Positions 28,947 to 39,797 of a stretch of 50,332 nucleotides of DNA are shown here, piece after piece. How positions within the stretch are numbered: the first letter of the stretch is position 1; every line of letters begins with the position of its first letter. A program made the position numbers and the translations under genes. The stretch is from contig CAJJCM010000033.1 of NCBI GenBank assembly GCA_905182635.1, positions 1 to 50,332 on the forward strand, in the 5' to 3' direction. This DNA is from an uncultured Candidatus Poseidoniales archaeon (lineage in GTDB: Archaea; Thermoplasmatota; Poseidoniia; Poseidoniales; Poseidoniaceae). The notes beneath the pieces are model-generated. The model had not been told where the DNA came from. It was given only the letters and a program-made list of their open reading frames with translations, and did not search any database.

Positions 28947-31900
28947 TCAATCAAATGAGAGTAAATCATCATCATCACTTTCTCGAGTTTCATTTCGAGT
29001 ATTTGATGGCCGGACATTAGGACCGGGGCGCTTACTGCCAACACGAATCTCGGAATCCGAATGATTATGTTTCGTTGGGCGTTCAGATACACGGGTGTTT
29101 ATTGGAATGCCTCTTGTTTCTAAATTGATTTCTGAAACAGGGCGACTTGCGGGGCTTGAAACAGGTGCATGTTTCATTGATTTACCGGATTTTTTCTGGA
29201 TGTGTTGTTGACGGCCTCGGTATGCAACAGCCCCAATCAATCGTTCAAGTACTGGAATATCTGCGCCGTCCTCCTTTGGACGTTTCAACCACCAACCTTC
29301 ACCAAGTGGTTGTAAGCGGGGCGGTCGAGATTTAGCCATTGTTTTAGCTTGGCGCTTCAAGCGTGCTTTGACTGATTTTTCAGAATCTTGAGGCAAACGA
29401 ACGGTCATCCAGCCAGGAAGTCCAACATCGAAAACAACACCATTTACGGTAACCAACATTCCCGAAAGCAAAAGATGTGTTCCGACTGGAATATTTGCCC
29501 TTTCCGGCTGCACTTTGAAACGCTTCATACGCTTTGAATATGCGACCATCCCTTTTTGGTCACGATGGCGGATAACTCGTCGTTGTTGACGAGCAAAACG
29601 CTTCGCTCCAAATTGAATCATGAACAATGTAAGTACAACCAAAACACCCTGACTATGGCCGATTTCTTGTGAGACATAAATTCCAAGAACAATCCAAATA
29701 GGCATTAATACAAGAACCTGAAATACCCTCTTCAAAGTACTCGCCCGGTAAATTGGCGGCATGCCTCTTCGGGAGGCCTCATGTGATGCTACAAGCACAT
29801 TGGCATTGATTGCCTCATCCATCCCGCCACGAACCATAAGTCCTGCAATTGCATTAACAGGTGCAGAATTAATCCATTTCTTCATCTTCTTGCCAACACC
29901 AACAGCAAGAGATACTTCCATTTCCTCTTCATCTACGACTTGCCCAAGAATACTACTCAGTGCCAAAACACGTGGGTCTTGAGGATCGCTTTCTTTCAAT
30001 TCAGTCAAGATTGAACGAGCGCTGTGCCAATCTCCTTTATCGATGAGACAGAGTGATGTCGCAATACGTGGACGTACACCTGTCGGTTGTTCGCGTACCA
30101 ATTTCAATGAGAGTTCAAGAGCCTCGTCATGTTTACGGTGTGCACGGAGAAGTGAAACCATCGAAAGTTGCGCTACATGTGTCAAACGGTCATTATGAAT
30201 TGATTCATCATTCGGAGTTGGCTGCCATCCACGAAGCATACGCATGAGTGATTGAAGGTGATCGATGCATGAATTATTTTCCCAATCCCAGAAATCGTCT
30301 TCAGTAACCATGCCTTGCCACGGGTCAAGCCATTCACATACGAAAGCTAACAGTTCAGGCTCATCGTAACCTTCCGCCTGTTGCAAGCCATGAATTGATT
30401 CTCGAGCGGCATCTAATCTACGAGAGGCCATATGGCCAACAGCGACGACCATTCGAGTGACATCGTCGTCCCCACCAGCCTGTGCAAGAACCTTGCGTGC
30501 TTCTTCGATTGCACTTGGCCATAAACCACGGATTGCAAGTTCCCACATGCGTGCTCTCGCCTTTTCATGACGAACGAGGGCTGAATCTCCCTTGATTGAA
30601 CGACGCTGGAATTGAATGAGTCCATCAAGGTCTTCTCGAATAGCGGCATCGTCAACGAGTTCTCGCATCCAATCGCCACCAGCAAATTTCACTGCACCTT
30701 CTCTCCGTTCATCAGGATTCAAATCAAACCGCAACTTGCGTAACGGAGAAAATCGGGCAATTGAAAGAAGCCAAGTAAACAAGAAGATTGCCTGGCCAAA
30801 TGCGATGAACATCCATGTCGACAATAAGCGGTTACCTTCGTCAAATCCATTCGATTCAAGCGCATTTGTATACGGCATCAAATCGCCAAATTCTTTGTAA
30901 CAAACCAATACCAAGAGAAGTACAGTGTATCCAGAGAACCCAGCGAATGCGAACGTCAGTTGGCGTGTTTGCGCTTTAACTTCTGTTCGTATCTCACGTG
31001 GAGAGTCAAGGGTCACACCAAAAAGTCCACCGAAAGTTTGTCCACCCAAAATTAAGTTCCGAGTTAATTCAAAGATGAAAGCCAATCCCACGATTGCAAT
31101 ATTAAGTGATAAATACAGTGATAAAAATTGAGGGATTGACTTTACAAATTGCCACTGGAAGAGTAAATCAGAAATAAAATCGATCCGCGTATAAATAGAG
31201 TGGCCAATAATACCACCAAAATTCAGAACCTCAGTTGCGTTACTCGGCTCGTTAAATAAAACATAAAAGACAGTTACAATTCCGTTCAATGCCGTAAGTG
31301 GCATAGTCACTAAAAACATCACCAGAAGGAGAGAAAATAGACGATTGAAAAATCTCGGTTTTTCAGGGTCAATAGGGTTCGGACGCCCGTTTGCAGTGCG
31401 CCATTTATTGATGATGAGCATGTTCCAAGAGGCACCCATGATTCGGCCATATGCCATGATTGTTGGCGACATGAAGGTAAGCATACCTGCAGCCAGCCAA
31501 ACTGGCGAAAGTGATTTATCGGGACTGGTTTGAATCCCATACCATAAGGTCGCAAGAGTGGCGGCAATCAAGAATACGAGCGTCAGAAGTCTACGTACGA
31601 AACTCTTGAGTTTACGAATTTTCAATTTATCGGAACTCATACCAATCAATTGAGCATTCAGAGTTTCCCAAGGTGAAATAAGTACTGGAATTGCAATCAA
31701 AATACCGGCAACAATTAAATCGGGCTTGAAATATATTTCCGGGTCAAACAATAATTCAGCAATAAGAATCAAGATTCCAGTCATACCCATCATGTAAAGT
31801 CCGATGCCGTACCCAACTGCCCCTTGCTTGAGAAGTGAACGGGCATCAGCAACACTTCCTGTGATTTTGTGAACTTCGTATAAGTCATTATCAATTTCGA

Positions 31901-32108
31901 AGGCCACTTGAAGATGTGCGAGTTGATTTGGAATAAACCATCTCCAGACGGGTAGCGCAATTGCAAAAGCGATAAACATTGGCAAAAAGTACTCAAATTT
32001 AAATTCATGAACTTCTGCTATTTGATTAGCAGAAACGGGTTGAATGAAGAAAAGTGTGAAAAAAGTGGAAAAAATTAAAACACGGAACCTTACACCCGCT
32101 TTGCCCAT
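28947..32108 (-). CDS. Large multi-pass membrane protein with a TPR-like helical region and basic C-terminal tail
   Basis: About ten hydrophobic helices in the N-half, then TPR-like A...A...L...P helices (GDWHSARSILTELKESDPQDP), two more TMs, and a Lys/Arg-rich tail. Confidence 0.75.
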   Translation of the reverse strand: MGKAGVRFRVLIFSTFFTLFFIQPVSANQIAEVHEFKFEYFLPMFIAFAIALPVWRWFIPNQLAHLQVAFEIDNDLYEVHKITGSVADARSLLKQGAVGYGIGLYMMGMTGILILIAELLFDPEIYFKPDLIVAGILIAIPVLISPWETLNAQLIGMSSDKLKIRKLKSFVRRLLTLVFLIAATLATLWYGIQTSPDKSLSPVWLAAGMLTFMSPTIMAYGRIMGASWNMLIINKWRTANGRPNPIDPEKPRFFNRLFSLLLVMFLVTMPLTALNGIVTVFYVLFNEPSNATEVLNFGGIIGHSIYTRIDFISDLLFQWQFVKSIPQFLSLYLSLNIAIVGLAFIFELTRNLILGGQTFGGLFGVTLDSPREIRTEVKAQTRQLTFAFAGFSGYTVLLLVLVCYKEFGDLMPYTNALESNGFDEGNRLLSTWMFIAFGQAIFLFTWLLSIARFSPLRKLRFDLNPDERREGAVKFAGGDWMRELVDDAAIREDLDGLIQFQRRSIKGDSALVRHEKARARMWELAIRGLWPSAIEEARKVLAQAGGDDDVTRMVVAVGHMASRRLDAARESIHGLQQAEGYDEPELLAFVCEWLDPWQGMVTEDDFWDWENNSCIDHLQSLMRMLRGWQPTPNDESIHNDRLTHVAQLSMVSLLRAHRKHDEALELSLKLVREQPTGVRPRIATSLCLIDKGDWHSARSILTELKESDPQDPRVLALSSILGQVVDEEEMEVSLAVGVGKKMKKWINSAPVNAIAGLMVRGGMDEAINANVLVASHEASRRGMPPIYRASTLKRVFQVLVLMPIWIVLGIYVSQEIGHSQGVLVVLTLFMIQFGAKRFARQQRRVIRHRDQKGMVAYSKRMKRFKVQPERANIPVGTHLLLSGMLVTVNGVVFDVGLPGWMTVRLPQDSEKSVKARLKRQAKTMAKSRPPRLQPLGEGWWLKRPKEDGADIPVLERLIGAVAYRGRQQHIQKKSGKSMKHAPVSSPASRPVSEINLETRGIPINTRVSERPTKHNHSDSEIRVGSKRPGPNVRPSNTRNETRESDDDDLLSFD

Positions 32109-32156
32109 AAATTACTCGATAGTGAACCATGCCATCAAAGCATCGCAGGCAATATG

Positions 32157-33377
32157 TTAATCCAAATCGCGATGACGGAGCAAAAACGCTTCTATTCTGT
32201 CAAATGCATCATTGAGTATTTCGACATCGGGGAGGTATACAATTCGGAAATGTCCTTTTCCGAGTTTTGGTGAAAAACCGCTACCATGAACGACTAAGAC
32301 ATGCTCTTCATGCAATAAATCTAAGACGAACTGTTTGTCGTCTTCAGCCCATTTTGCATCAGTTAGACGAACAAACATGTAGAATGCGCCACCTGAAGAT
32401 TGAACTTCGAGTCCTTCGATTTGTGAAATCCGTTTGATACAAACATCACGTTGCCGAATGACTTTTTCCGAATAGCCCAACATCCATGAGCGATCGGATT
32501 CCAAACCAGCAAGATAGCCAAATTGAGCCGGTGTTGAAGCGCACAAACGTGCGCGTAGCATTCGTTCAATACCATCACGGACATTCAACATGCGATGGGT
32601 CGGGTCGTGAATGGCCAGGTATCCTATTCTCCATCCTGGTGCATAATAGACCTTTGAAACACCATTGAGTGTAAAAACGGGCACATCTGTCGAGAGGCTT
32701 GCCACACTTTTTTGCGTTCCTGTAAAATCAAGACCATCATAAATCTCATCAGCAACAATCATGCAATTCGGCCATTTTCGGGCGATGGAAAGAAGGTGCT
32801 CAATTTCTTCCGCACCTGCAACACTTCCACACGGATTGTTCGGGTTAATCAAAACTAAAAGACGAACGGTTGAATCCATTTTTGACTCAATGTCTTCCAA
32901 ATCGAGTTTCCATCCATCATCTGGGCGAAGTCTGTATTCAATAGTTTGCGCACCATACATTTGAGGGTAGGCCATGTAAGGAGGGTAGTGTGGACCTGGT
33001 GCTAACACTGTATCGCCCTCAGAAAGAACAGATGCAAAGAGAATCTGCAATGCCTCTGTGACGCCATGGCAGACATAAATATCCGAATCTTGGGCATCCC
33101 AGCCCTTTCTTTGTTCATCTTTTGCGATTGCATTTCGCAATTCAGGCAATCCATAGGATGGAGAATATCCGTTTCTTCCAGCACGGAGTGCATTGACATA
33201 CGCATCAACCATGTGTGGGGGTGTTGGTAAACCAGGATAGGCTATTGGGTCACCTATATTGAGCTTCAATATTTGGTGCCCTTGGGCCTCAAGGGCAATG
33301 GCGGGAACAACAACATCACGTATTGCATACTCAATATTCGAGGCTCGAGCAGCGACCGGTATTTGTTCATCGGACAT
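32157..33377 (-). CDS. PLP-dependent class I/II aminotransferase (alanine aminotransferase-like)
   Basis: YAIRD, LKLNIGDP, INPNNP.G, DEIYD, NGVSKVY.APGWRIG, VHGSGF, HFRIVYLP. Confidence 0.9.
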   Translation of the reverse strand: MSDEQIPVAARASNIEYAIRDVVVPAIALEAQGHQILKLNIGDPIAYPGLPTPPHMVDAYVNALRAGRNGYSPSYGLPELRNAIAKDEQRKGWDAQDSDIYVCHGVTEALQILFASVLSEGDTVLAPGPHYPPYMAYPQMYGAQTIEYRLRPDDGWKLDLEDIESKMDSTVRLLVLINPNNPCGSVAGAEEIEHLLSIARKWPNCMIVADEIYDGLDFTGTQKSVASLSTDVPVFTLNGVSKVYYAPGWRIGYLAIHDPTHRMLNVRDGIERMLRARLCASTPAQFGYLAGLESDRSWMLGYSEKVIRQRDVCIKRISQIEGLEVQSSGGAFYMFVRLTDAKWAEDDKQFVLDLLHEEHVLVVHGSGFSPKLGKGHFRIVYLPDVEILNDAFDRIEAFLLRHRDLD

Positions 33378-33424
33378 TGCAATCGTACTCCGGTAATCGA
33401 AAATACATTTGAAGTTTGATGTCC

Positions 33425-33901
33425 TCAAAGTTGATGCCGTGAAATACCACCCATTGCTAAGATGATATCAAAGTCGGATTCATTTACTGGTTGGACTGAA
33501 AGACGCTGGCCCTTTCGTATGAGGAGCATGTTTTCACAAGCCGGATTATTACGCACCTCTTCCAATGGGACTATGTTTGCAAATATCTTGACCGCTTCGA
33601 TATCAACCATCATCCATCTTGGATTATCAGGTGTTGCTTTTGGGTCGAAATAGTTAGAATTAGGGTCTTGTGCAGTATGGTCTGGATATCCCTCTTGGCT
33701 AACTCGGGCGACTCCAGCAACATGAGGGGGCTTGAAATTGGAATGGTAAAACAAAACCAAGTCACCTCTTTTCATATCATCACGCATCATATTACGTGCT
33801 TGATAATTTCGAACACCATCCCAATGCGTTGAACCATCTGCAACCAGTTGCTCAAAAGGATAGACATTTGGCTCCGATTTCATCAACCAATAGTTGACCA
33901 T
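33425..33901 (-). CDS. EVE domain protein
   Basis: YWLMKSEP, WDGVRNYQARN, FYHS, YFDPK, RLSVQPV. Confidence 0.95.
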   Translation of the reverse strand: MVNYWLMKSEPNVYPFEQLVADGSTHWDGVRNYQARNMMRDDMKRGDLVLFYHSNFKPPHVAGVARVSQEGYPDHTAQDPNSNYFDPKATPDNPRWMMVDIEAVKIFANIVPLEEVRNNPACENMLLIRKGQRLSVQPVNESDFDIILAMGGISRHQL

Positions 33902-33937
33902 GGTGGACCCAAGCGTAGGGGCTTCTTGGTATTGTTG

Positions 33938-36900
33938 TTACCAAGCATCGATGACATCGTCGAGGAGTGCAGCATCTAAAACATCCACATCGAGCCTCTT
34001 TTTCTGACCGAGGCCCAAGCGTTTGGCCATTGCTGAACGACCGTCGACGGCACCCATGCCTGCTTTTTCGAGCGTGACGAAAATCGCAGGTAACAGAATC
34101 AATGCACTGGCAGCAGCAACCCAAAGTAGAATCAAAATGACCGTGATGAACGGGGCAATCGCTGGAATCGGAATCTGATACGCTGTTAACATTCCCAAGG
34201 TCGTCACAACCGCAGCTTCGAAAAGTGACATCCCCGTACCAATTGCAGCAGTTCGAATCGCGTCAAGACCACCTCCTAATTCGCGAATACGGTTGGATAT
34301 GTGGATCGAAAAGTCAACACCAACGCCAACTAAAATCGAACCAATCATCACCGTAACAAGAGAGAGGTCAACATCCATCTTCCACATGACTAACCATTGT
34401 AAAGCAACGGTTGCAATGACTGGAGATGTGGTCCAAATCGAATATTTGATGTCTTTGAATACAATGGCGAGGGTGATGAGTGTGAGAATAACTGCAAAAC
34501 CGAGAGAGGTCCATTGTGAACCAACAATCAATTCGTTGACTTCGATGGTCGTCGGCGCTACACCGGTCAAATCAGTTGCATAATCAGTCGGTTCAGTACC
34601 GATGAACTTTGCTGTGAGTTTGTCGACTTGTTCTACACTTGAGATGGTGTCAGCGACCGGAAGATATGGCATATCGACCAAAATTAAACTCCGATCAAAA
34701 TCTTCGCTGATAAAGATTCCACGTGTCTCATCAGTAATCGATGAATAAAACACATTCAAGAGAAAGACTTCACTCTGTCGAGATGCCGGTAGCCCGTAGT
34801 CATCAGGTGAGGTCAACAAATCCCAAAACGATGCGCCCCCCGATACAGAATTGTCCAATAAGACGGATGCTGTATCTTTGATATCTTGAGGCAATCCTGG
34901 AATGCCTTGCACAAATTCACTGCAACCTATACATTCCACAGTTGGAGCAATACCTGACGATTTCATTAAAAACACGATTGAAACTGCAGATGTATCTGGA
35001 ACCTTGTTCAATTCGGATTCTAATATCTCTATTTGCCGCAAATTTTCAGCAGGGTCTTGTTGAGATACTTCGATTGAAGTCTCGCCGGTAAGGTTCGCTT
35101 GGACCAAGACCATACCTAATTGACCTGAATTGAAGTCATTACTGTATTTGATCATGGCGATGACTGAATCCTCATCATCTGGGGCCATTTTTAACATGTC
35201 GATGTTTTCTTTCACATTCGATTGACCGTAGGTTGCTGAAATGAGAATAAGGATTGCGAACAATGCGATTACACCACGATTGTATTTCATGGGGACTTCC
35301 ACAATGTGTACAAACAATTTGAGCGGAGGGTGTTTGGGCTTTCTTAAATCAAGTAAGAGCGTCAAATTTGGAACCATGAACATCGTAAGAATGTAGACGA
35401 CAACAATGCCACCTGAAAGAGCAATTCCGACCGTTTGTATCGGAGCCATTGGCGTAAAGATAAGAGATATAAATCCAATAACGGTCGTCACTGCAGACAA
35501 AAAGACTGCTTTTCCAGTTGAAGAGAGCGCCCCGCGCATTTTCTCTTTTTTCGTCCCCTCTTCCTCCGCATAACGATTGGTGATATGCAAACCGTACGAA
35601 ACTCCGAGTGCGAGTAAAATCGGTCCGACAATAATCACCGTCATTGTCACTTCATAATTTATCCAACCGATAATTCCCAAGGTCCAAAAGACTGCACATA
35701 ATGTTGGTAGTCCCGAAATTATCACTACTTTTAGACCTTGAAGAGGGCGTATTCCTGTGAGCCCAGTTTGTAATACATCGCAGTGGAATACAAACAGTCC
35801 CATTGCAACAAGTACTACGGCGACTGGGAAAATATTCCAAAACATGTCAAATGTTCGTTCTGTAACTGCATTGGTAATTGGAACTGGACCAGTCAAAGTC
35901 ATGGAAAGACCTAAACTTTTCACACCACGGTCTTCCTGTTCTTTCGTGAGTTCTCCCCAAATGCATAGTCCTTCTTCAACAACTGGCTGACCATTCTCAA
36001 ACAGGCATGGTCGTTCCGAAATACTAATGTTGTACAAGTCCGATTCAGTTTGTAGAATAATATCCTTTGCTGAAATTGTATCAGAAACTGCAATGGCCAT
36101 AATCGCTCGGTCCAATACCCCATCGGGTACATCTTCTTTGCCATCAAATATACAGCCTGGTTCGCCGCACGAAATGTCTCTCGCTAATTTATCGAGACCA
36201 GGTGTTGGGCTTCCATTATCTTCATACATCTCATTAATGACGAGATCAATTGCCTGTTGCGAAGGTATTTCATAGCTACCTCCAAGTTGATCATCCGAGA
36301 GTGCTAGAAAATCATTCAAATTCTCTGCAGCCTGTGCAGATGGGCAATCATCTATCCCAAATCCACAACCGAGTTGACCGAGTTCTGTGACGAACGCTTC
36401 TCGAATACGTGGCGCACTTGAGTTCACTTCTTTTAGGACGGTAGAAATGGAAAGAAGGTAGATGACGTCGTCATAAACGATGGGGTCATCTAAAGAACCG
36501 TTCGGATTCTCACATGTAAATGAAGAGATACAAGGATTGAGAACATTTTCAACATAACTAATTTCTTGAAGTATCCGCTGGTCAGTGATATTATAATTTC
36601 CGCCGTTCAATTCAATGTAGACAACCATGACATTGGTCGACCAATCTTCTTCAACCAATTGAAGTAATGTACCAACTTCACTGTTGTCAGGCAGATAGAC
36701 TTCAAGATCACCATTGACGTTTAAATCGGTCTCATTCAGGTCATCGTCAAATTGGGTAAAGTACAAATCAAAGAATCCCGAATGGCTGACAAAGAATGCG
36801 GTAAGCATCAAAAAGAAGACTACGGTTGCAAGAGGGAATCGAGTAATCGCCCCGATTGCTCCCGATTTTTGCCATTCACGCTTGATTCGAACTGGAGCAT

Positions 36901-37120
36901 CTAGCACCGCATCAATGGCACTTTTTGAATTAAAATCTCGGACACGTGCAGAAAGGTCGATTGCTCGAGATTGTACTTGGGATGAACCTGAGTGTCTCAT
37001 GCTTGCGAGTCGCAAGCCCACACCTTTCTTCTTGGATTCTTTCGAACCTGATGCCGAGGCGCCTTCGGATTCCAAAATTGCTGACTTTGGAGAGGATTTA
37101 TTTTGACGACCCTCGACCAA
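33938..37120 (-). CDS. RND/MMPL family transporter
   Basis: Two TM bundles with LALGVSYGLHITNRY and GVGVDFSIHISNR, plus large extracytoplasmic loops. Probable TTG start at 37120 after a GGGGAG SD; the ORF is open to 37240. Confidence 0.88.
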   Translation of the reverse strand: MVEGRQNKSSPKSAILESEGASASGSKESKKKGVGLRLASMRHSGSSQVQSRAIDLSARVRDFNSKSAIDAVLDAPVRIKREWQKSGAIGAITRFPLATVVFFLMLTAFFVSHSGFFDLYFTQFDDDLNETDLNVNGDLEVYLPDNSEVGTLLQLVEEDWSTNVMVVYIELNGGNYNITDQRILQEISYVENVLNPCISSFTCENPNGSLDDPIVYDDVIYLLSISTVLKEVNSSAPRIREAFVTELGQLGCGFGIDDCPSAQAAENLNDFLALSDDQLGGSYEIPSQQAIDLVINEMYEDNGSPTPGLDKLARDISCGEPGCIFDGKEDVPDGVLDRAIMAIAVSDTISAKDIILQTESDLYNISISERPCLFENGQPVVEEGLCIWGELTKEQEDRGVKSLGLSMTLTGPVPITNAVTERTFDMFWNIFPVAVVLVAMGLFVFHCDVLQTGLTGIRPLQGLKVVIISGLPTLCAVFWTLGIIGWINYEVTMTVIIVGPILLALGVSYGLHITNRYAEEEGTKKEKMRGALSSTGKAVFLSAVTTVIGFISLIFTPMAPIQTVGIALSGGIVVVYILTMFMVPNLTLLLDLRKPKHPPLKLFVHIVEVPMKYNRGVIALFAILILISATYGQSNVKENIDMLKMAPDDEDSVIAMIKYSNDFNSGQLGMVLVQANLTGETSIEVSQQDPAENLRQIEILESELNKVPDTSAVSIVFLMKSSGIAPTVECIGCSEFVQGIPGLPQDIKDTASVLLDNSVSGGASFWDLLTSPDDYGLPASRQSEVFLLNVFYSSITDETRGIFISEDFDRSLILVDMPYLPVADTISSVEQVDKLTAKFIGTEPTDYATDLTGVAPTTIEVNELIVGSQWTSLGFAVILTLITLAIVFKDIKYSIWTTSPVIATVALQWLVMWKMDVDLSLVTVMIGSILVGVGVDFSIHISNRIRELGGGLDAIRTAAIGTGMSLFEAAVVTTLGMLTAYQIPIPAIAPFITVILILLWVAAASALILLPAIFVTLEKAGMGAVDGRSAMAKRLGLGQKKRLDVDVLDAALLDDVIDAW

Positions 37121-37304
37121 GATACTCTCCCCTAATTCAATGTGAGTGCTGGGCCTTCTAATGATTACCGATGGTTTGAGTTCTAATTGCCAGTATTGTA
37201 AACATGTTGGCGAGCAGCATTGTTTGTCCGTTGGGTTCAAAGGTGAACCGTCACAGCGCTGTTTGGACCCGCATCGTTCATGTGTGTGGGGCTAGGTGAG
37301 GCAC

Positions 37305-39797
37305 ATGTCAGCCCCTGTATTAAACGACAAACGATGGTCTATCGACCTAGAAAAGCGTATTCAAGAAGCCCATTCGGAAGACCCCATATCCTATTCCAAA
37401 AGATATGCGTTCAATCCTGACAGCGGTAAGGAAATCTTCGTCATTGATACGCCACCACCTTATCCATCTGGAACTTGGCATATAGGTGCTGTCGCCCAAT
37501 ATTCAATGATTGACGTCATTGCCCGTTCGCAGCGACTGCTTGGTAAGGAAGTGTATTTTCCTTGGGGCGTCGATCGGAACGGTATCAATATCGAATTTAC
37601 CGTTGAGAAGAACACCAAACGGAAAATGAAAACGTATGACCGAGCAGAATTTTTGAAACTCTGTGAAGAAACTATTGAGACATTTACCCAAGCCATGCGA
37701 AAAACTGCACGAAGGGTCGGCCTTTCATGTGATTATGACCGCGAATACCTCACGGACTCACCTGCCTATCGCACAGTTACACAATCAATTTTCATTGAAC
37801 TTTTCAAGAAAGGTGCAATCATCGAAGATTTACGACCTAATATTTACGACCCCGTAGAAGGAACGACTATTGCCGATGCTGAAGTTGAACGCCTCACAAG
37901 GAAAACACGTCTTGTCGATGTGTCATGGACCTGTGACGATGGTACTGAACTTGTTATTTCCACAACTCGGCCTGAATTAATATGTGCTTGTGGTGTTGTG
38001 GTTGTTCATCCAGATGACCAACGCTATACGCACCTCATTGGAAAAACCATTCAACTCCCACTCCCAGTCGAAGGACGCAGCACTTCGGTTGAAATCAAAA
38101 CGCATGCTTCGGTTAAATCTGATTTCGGTTCAGGGGTATTGATGGTCTGTTCATTTGGAGACCAAAATGACGTAGCTGTATTCCGTGACCTCGGACTCAC
38201 TCCATTTCAGGCCATTAATTTGGAAGGTAAACTCACAGACTTGGCTGGACCATTTGCTGGTATGAAAGTCATTGAAGCACGTAATGCCGCCATTGAATAT
38301 CTCGAACAACAGGGTACGTTGGTCAACATTGTTGAGCGTGACCAAGAAATACCAGTTTCGGAACGTGGAAAGAATCCAGTTGAAATTATTTTGCTTAAAG
38401 AGTGGTACGTTCGACAAACTCATGCTCAAGATAGAATGAGGGAACACATCGAAGAAATCGAGTTCCACCCACCTCGTAACAAACAATTCTTGCTCGATTG
38501 GATGGACAATATTAGTATTGATTGGCCGATATCTCGACGTCGTTGGTACCATACTGAAATTCCGATTTGGTACAGTGAAGATGAAAGCAAAATCATCATC
38601 CCTCCGATTGGAACTTATGTTCAACCATGGTGCCAATCACCGCCAGAGGGCAGTCAAGTTTTGGCAAGAGATTCCCGTCAAGAACTTGGCTCCTTTGAAT
38701 CGATGAAAGATGAACTTGGCGTTATTGTCGGCGAAGAGAAGGTCTTCGATACTTGGATGGATTCATCCAATTCTAATCTCTTTGTAAGCGGCTATCTCAA
38801 TCAGCCCGAAGTGTTTGCAAAGGCCTTCCCTACTGCACTTCGACCACAAGGAAAAGAGATTGTTCGAACATGGCTGTACTATACGCTTCTCAAATCAAAT
38901 CTTTTACTCGACAAGCCTGGGTTCAAGCATGTTTGGATCGATGGTTTAGGAATGGACCCTTGGGGTCGCAAAATGAGTAAATCACTCGGCAATGGAATCG
39001 ATGCTGATTCCGTCCTTGAATGCGGAGCAGGTGGCCGAACTGGTTCTTGGAAAGTGAAAGGGCCAGAAAAGACTGTGAGCCTTCGAGCCAATAAAATCGG
39101 AAGTGAATGTTTCCGACTTTGGAAAGCATGCGATGCTCAAGTTGGTGATGATTTCCATATTAACCCGGAAGAAATTGAAAAGAAATACTTTGGTGTATTA
39201 ACCAAATTGTTCAATGTTGCCCGTTTTGCTTCTCAATTTGAGATTCCGGATGACCTCGAAACTGCTCCGGATAATTTGGCAATTGAAGACAAATGGATTT
39301 TGGCTGAATTTAATGAAACGATGGATACGGTCAAAACCGCTTGGGAAAATATCGATATCTATACGGCTACGCAAGCTCTCAAAACGTTTGGAACTGGAAT
39401 CCTACCGAGTCATTATCTGGAAATGGTGAAATCACGCCTTTATGATGACGATATGGCTGCTTCATGGACACTTCATCGTATTGTTCGTGACTTTATGTCT
39501 GCATTTACACCGGTCTGCCCGTTCTTCACCCATCATATATCCGAAAGTATCTATGGGAAGTCGGCGGTCGAAGTCGACGCATTTCCTGCCTCTGCTGACC
39601 CTTCTGTTCACTTAGGAACAGATGAAGGCGACCGTTTGCGAACTCTTTCGGCTGCTGTTCAATCCTTTAATGGCGATACTTGGAACTCCAAGAAAGAGCA
39701 AGGGATTTCGTTGAATCAACCCGTCACAGGTATAGAAATCCCAGAACAACTGCAGGATTTTACGGCGATTCTCACACGTATGCATCATTTGGAATGA
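37305..39797 (+). CDS. valS: Valine--tRNA ligase (archaeal type)
   Basis: IDTPPPY, HIGA, TTRPE, DWPISRRR, DTWMDSS, LRPQGKEIVRTW, KMSKS. No C-terminal coiled coil. GGTGAGG SD. Confidence 0.93.
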   Translation: MSAPVLNDKRWSIDLEKRIQEAHSEDPISYSKRYAFNPDSGKEIFVIDTPPPYPSGTWHIGAVAQYSMIDVIARSQRLLGKEVYFPWGVDRNGINIEFTVEKNTKRKMKTYDRAEFLKLCEETIETFTQAMRKTARRVGLSCDYDREYLTDSPAYRTVTQSIFIELFKKGAIIEDLRPNIYDPVEGTTIADAEVERLTRKTRLVDVSWTCDDGTELVISTTRPELICACGVVVVHPDDQRYTHLIGKTIQLPLPVEGRSTSVEIKTHASVKSDFGSGVLMVCSFGDQNDVAVFRDLGLTPFQAINLEGKLTDLAGPFAGMKVIEARNAAIEYLEQQGTLVNIVERDQEIPVSERGKNPVEIILLKEWYVRQTHAQDRMREHIEEIEFHPPRNKQFLLDWMDNISIDWPISRRRWYHTEIPIWYSEDESKIIIPPIGTYVQPWCQSPPEGSQVLARDSRQELGSFESMKDELGVIVGEEKVFDTWMDSSNSNLFVSGYLNQPEVFAKAFPTALRPQGKEIVRTWLYYTLLKSNLLLDKPGFKHVWIDGLGMDPWGRKMSKSLGNGIDADSVLECGAGGRTGSWKVKGPEKTVSLRANKIGSECFRLWKACDAQVGDDFHINPEEIEKKYFGVLTKLFNVARFASQFEIPDDLETAPDNLAIEDKWILAEFNETMDTVKTAWENIDIYTATQALKTFGTGILPSHYLEMVKSRLYDDDMAASWTLHRIVRDFMSAFTPVCPFFTHHISESIYGKSAVEVDAFPASADPSVHLGTDEGDRLRTLSAAVQSFNGDTWNSKKEQGISLNQPVTGIEIPEQLQDFTAILTRMHHLE

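Noticed and set aside
33425..33901. EVE protein as part of a modification-dependent defence system
   Set aside because: Stand-alone EVE among housekeeping genes, with no adjacent nuclease or toxin.
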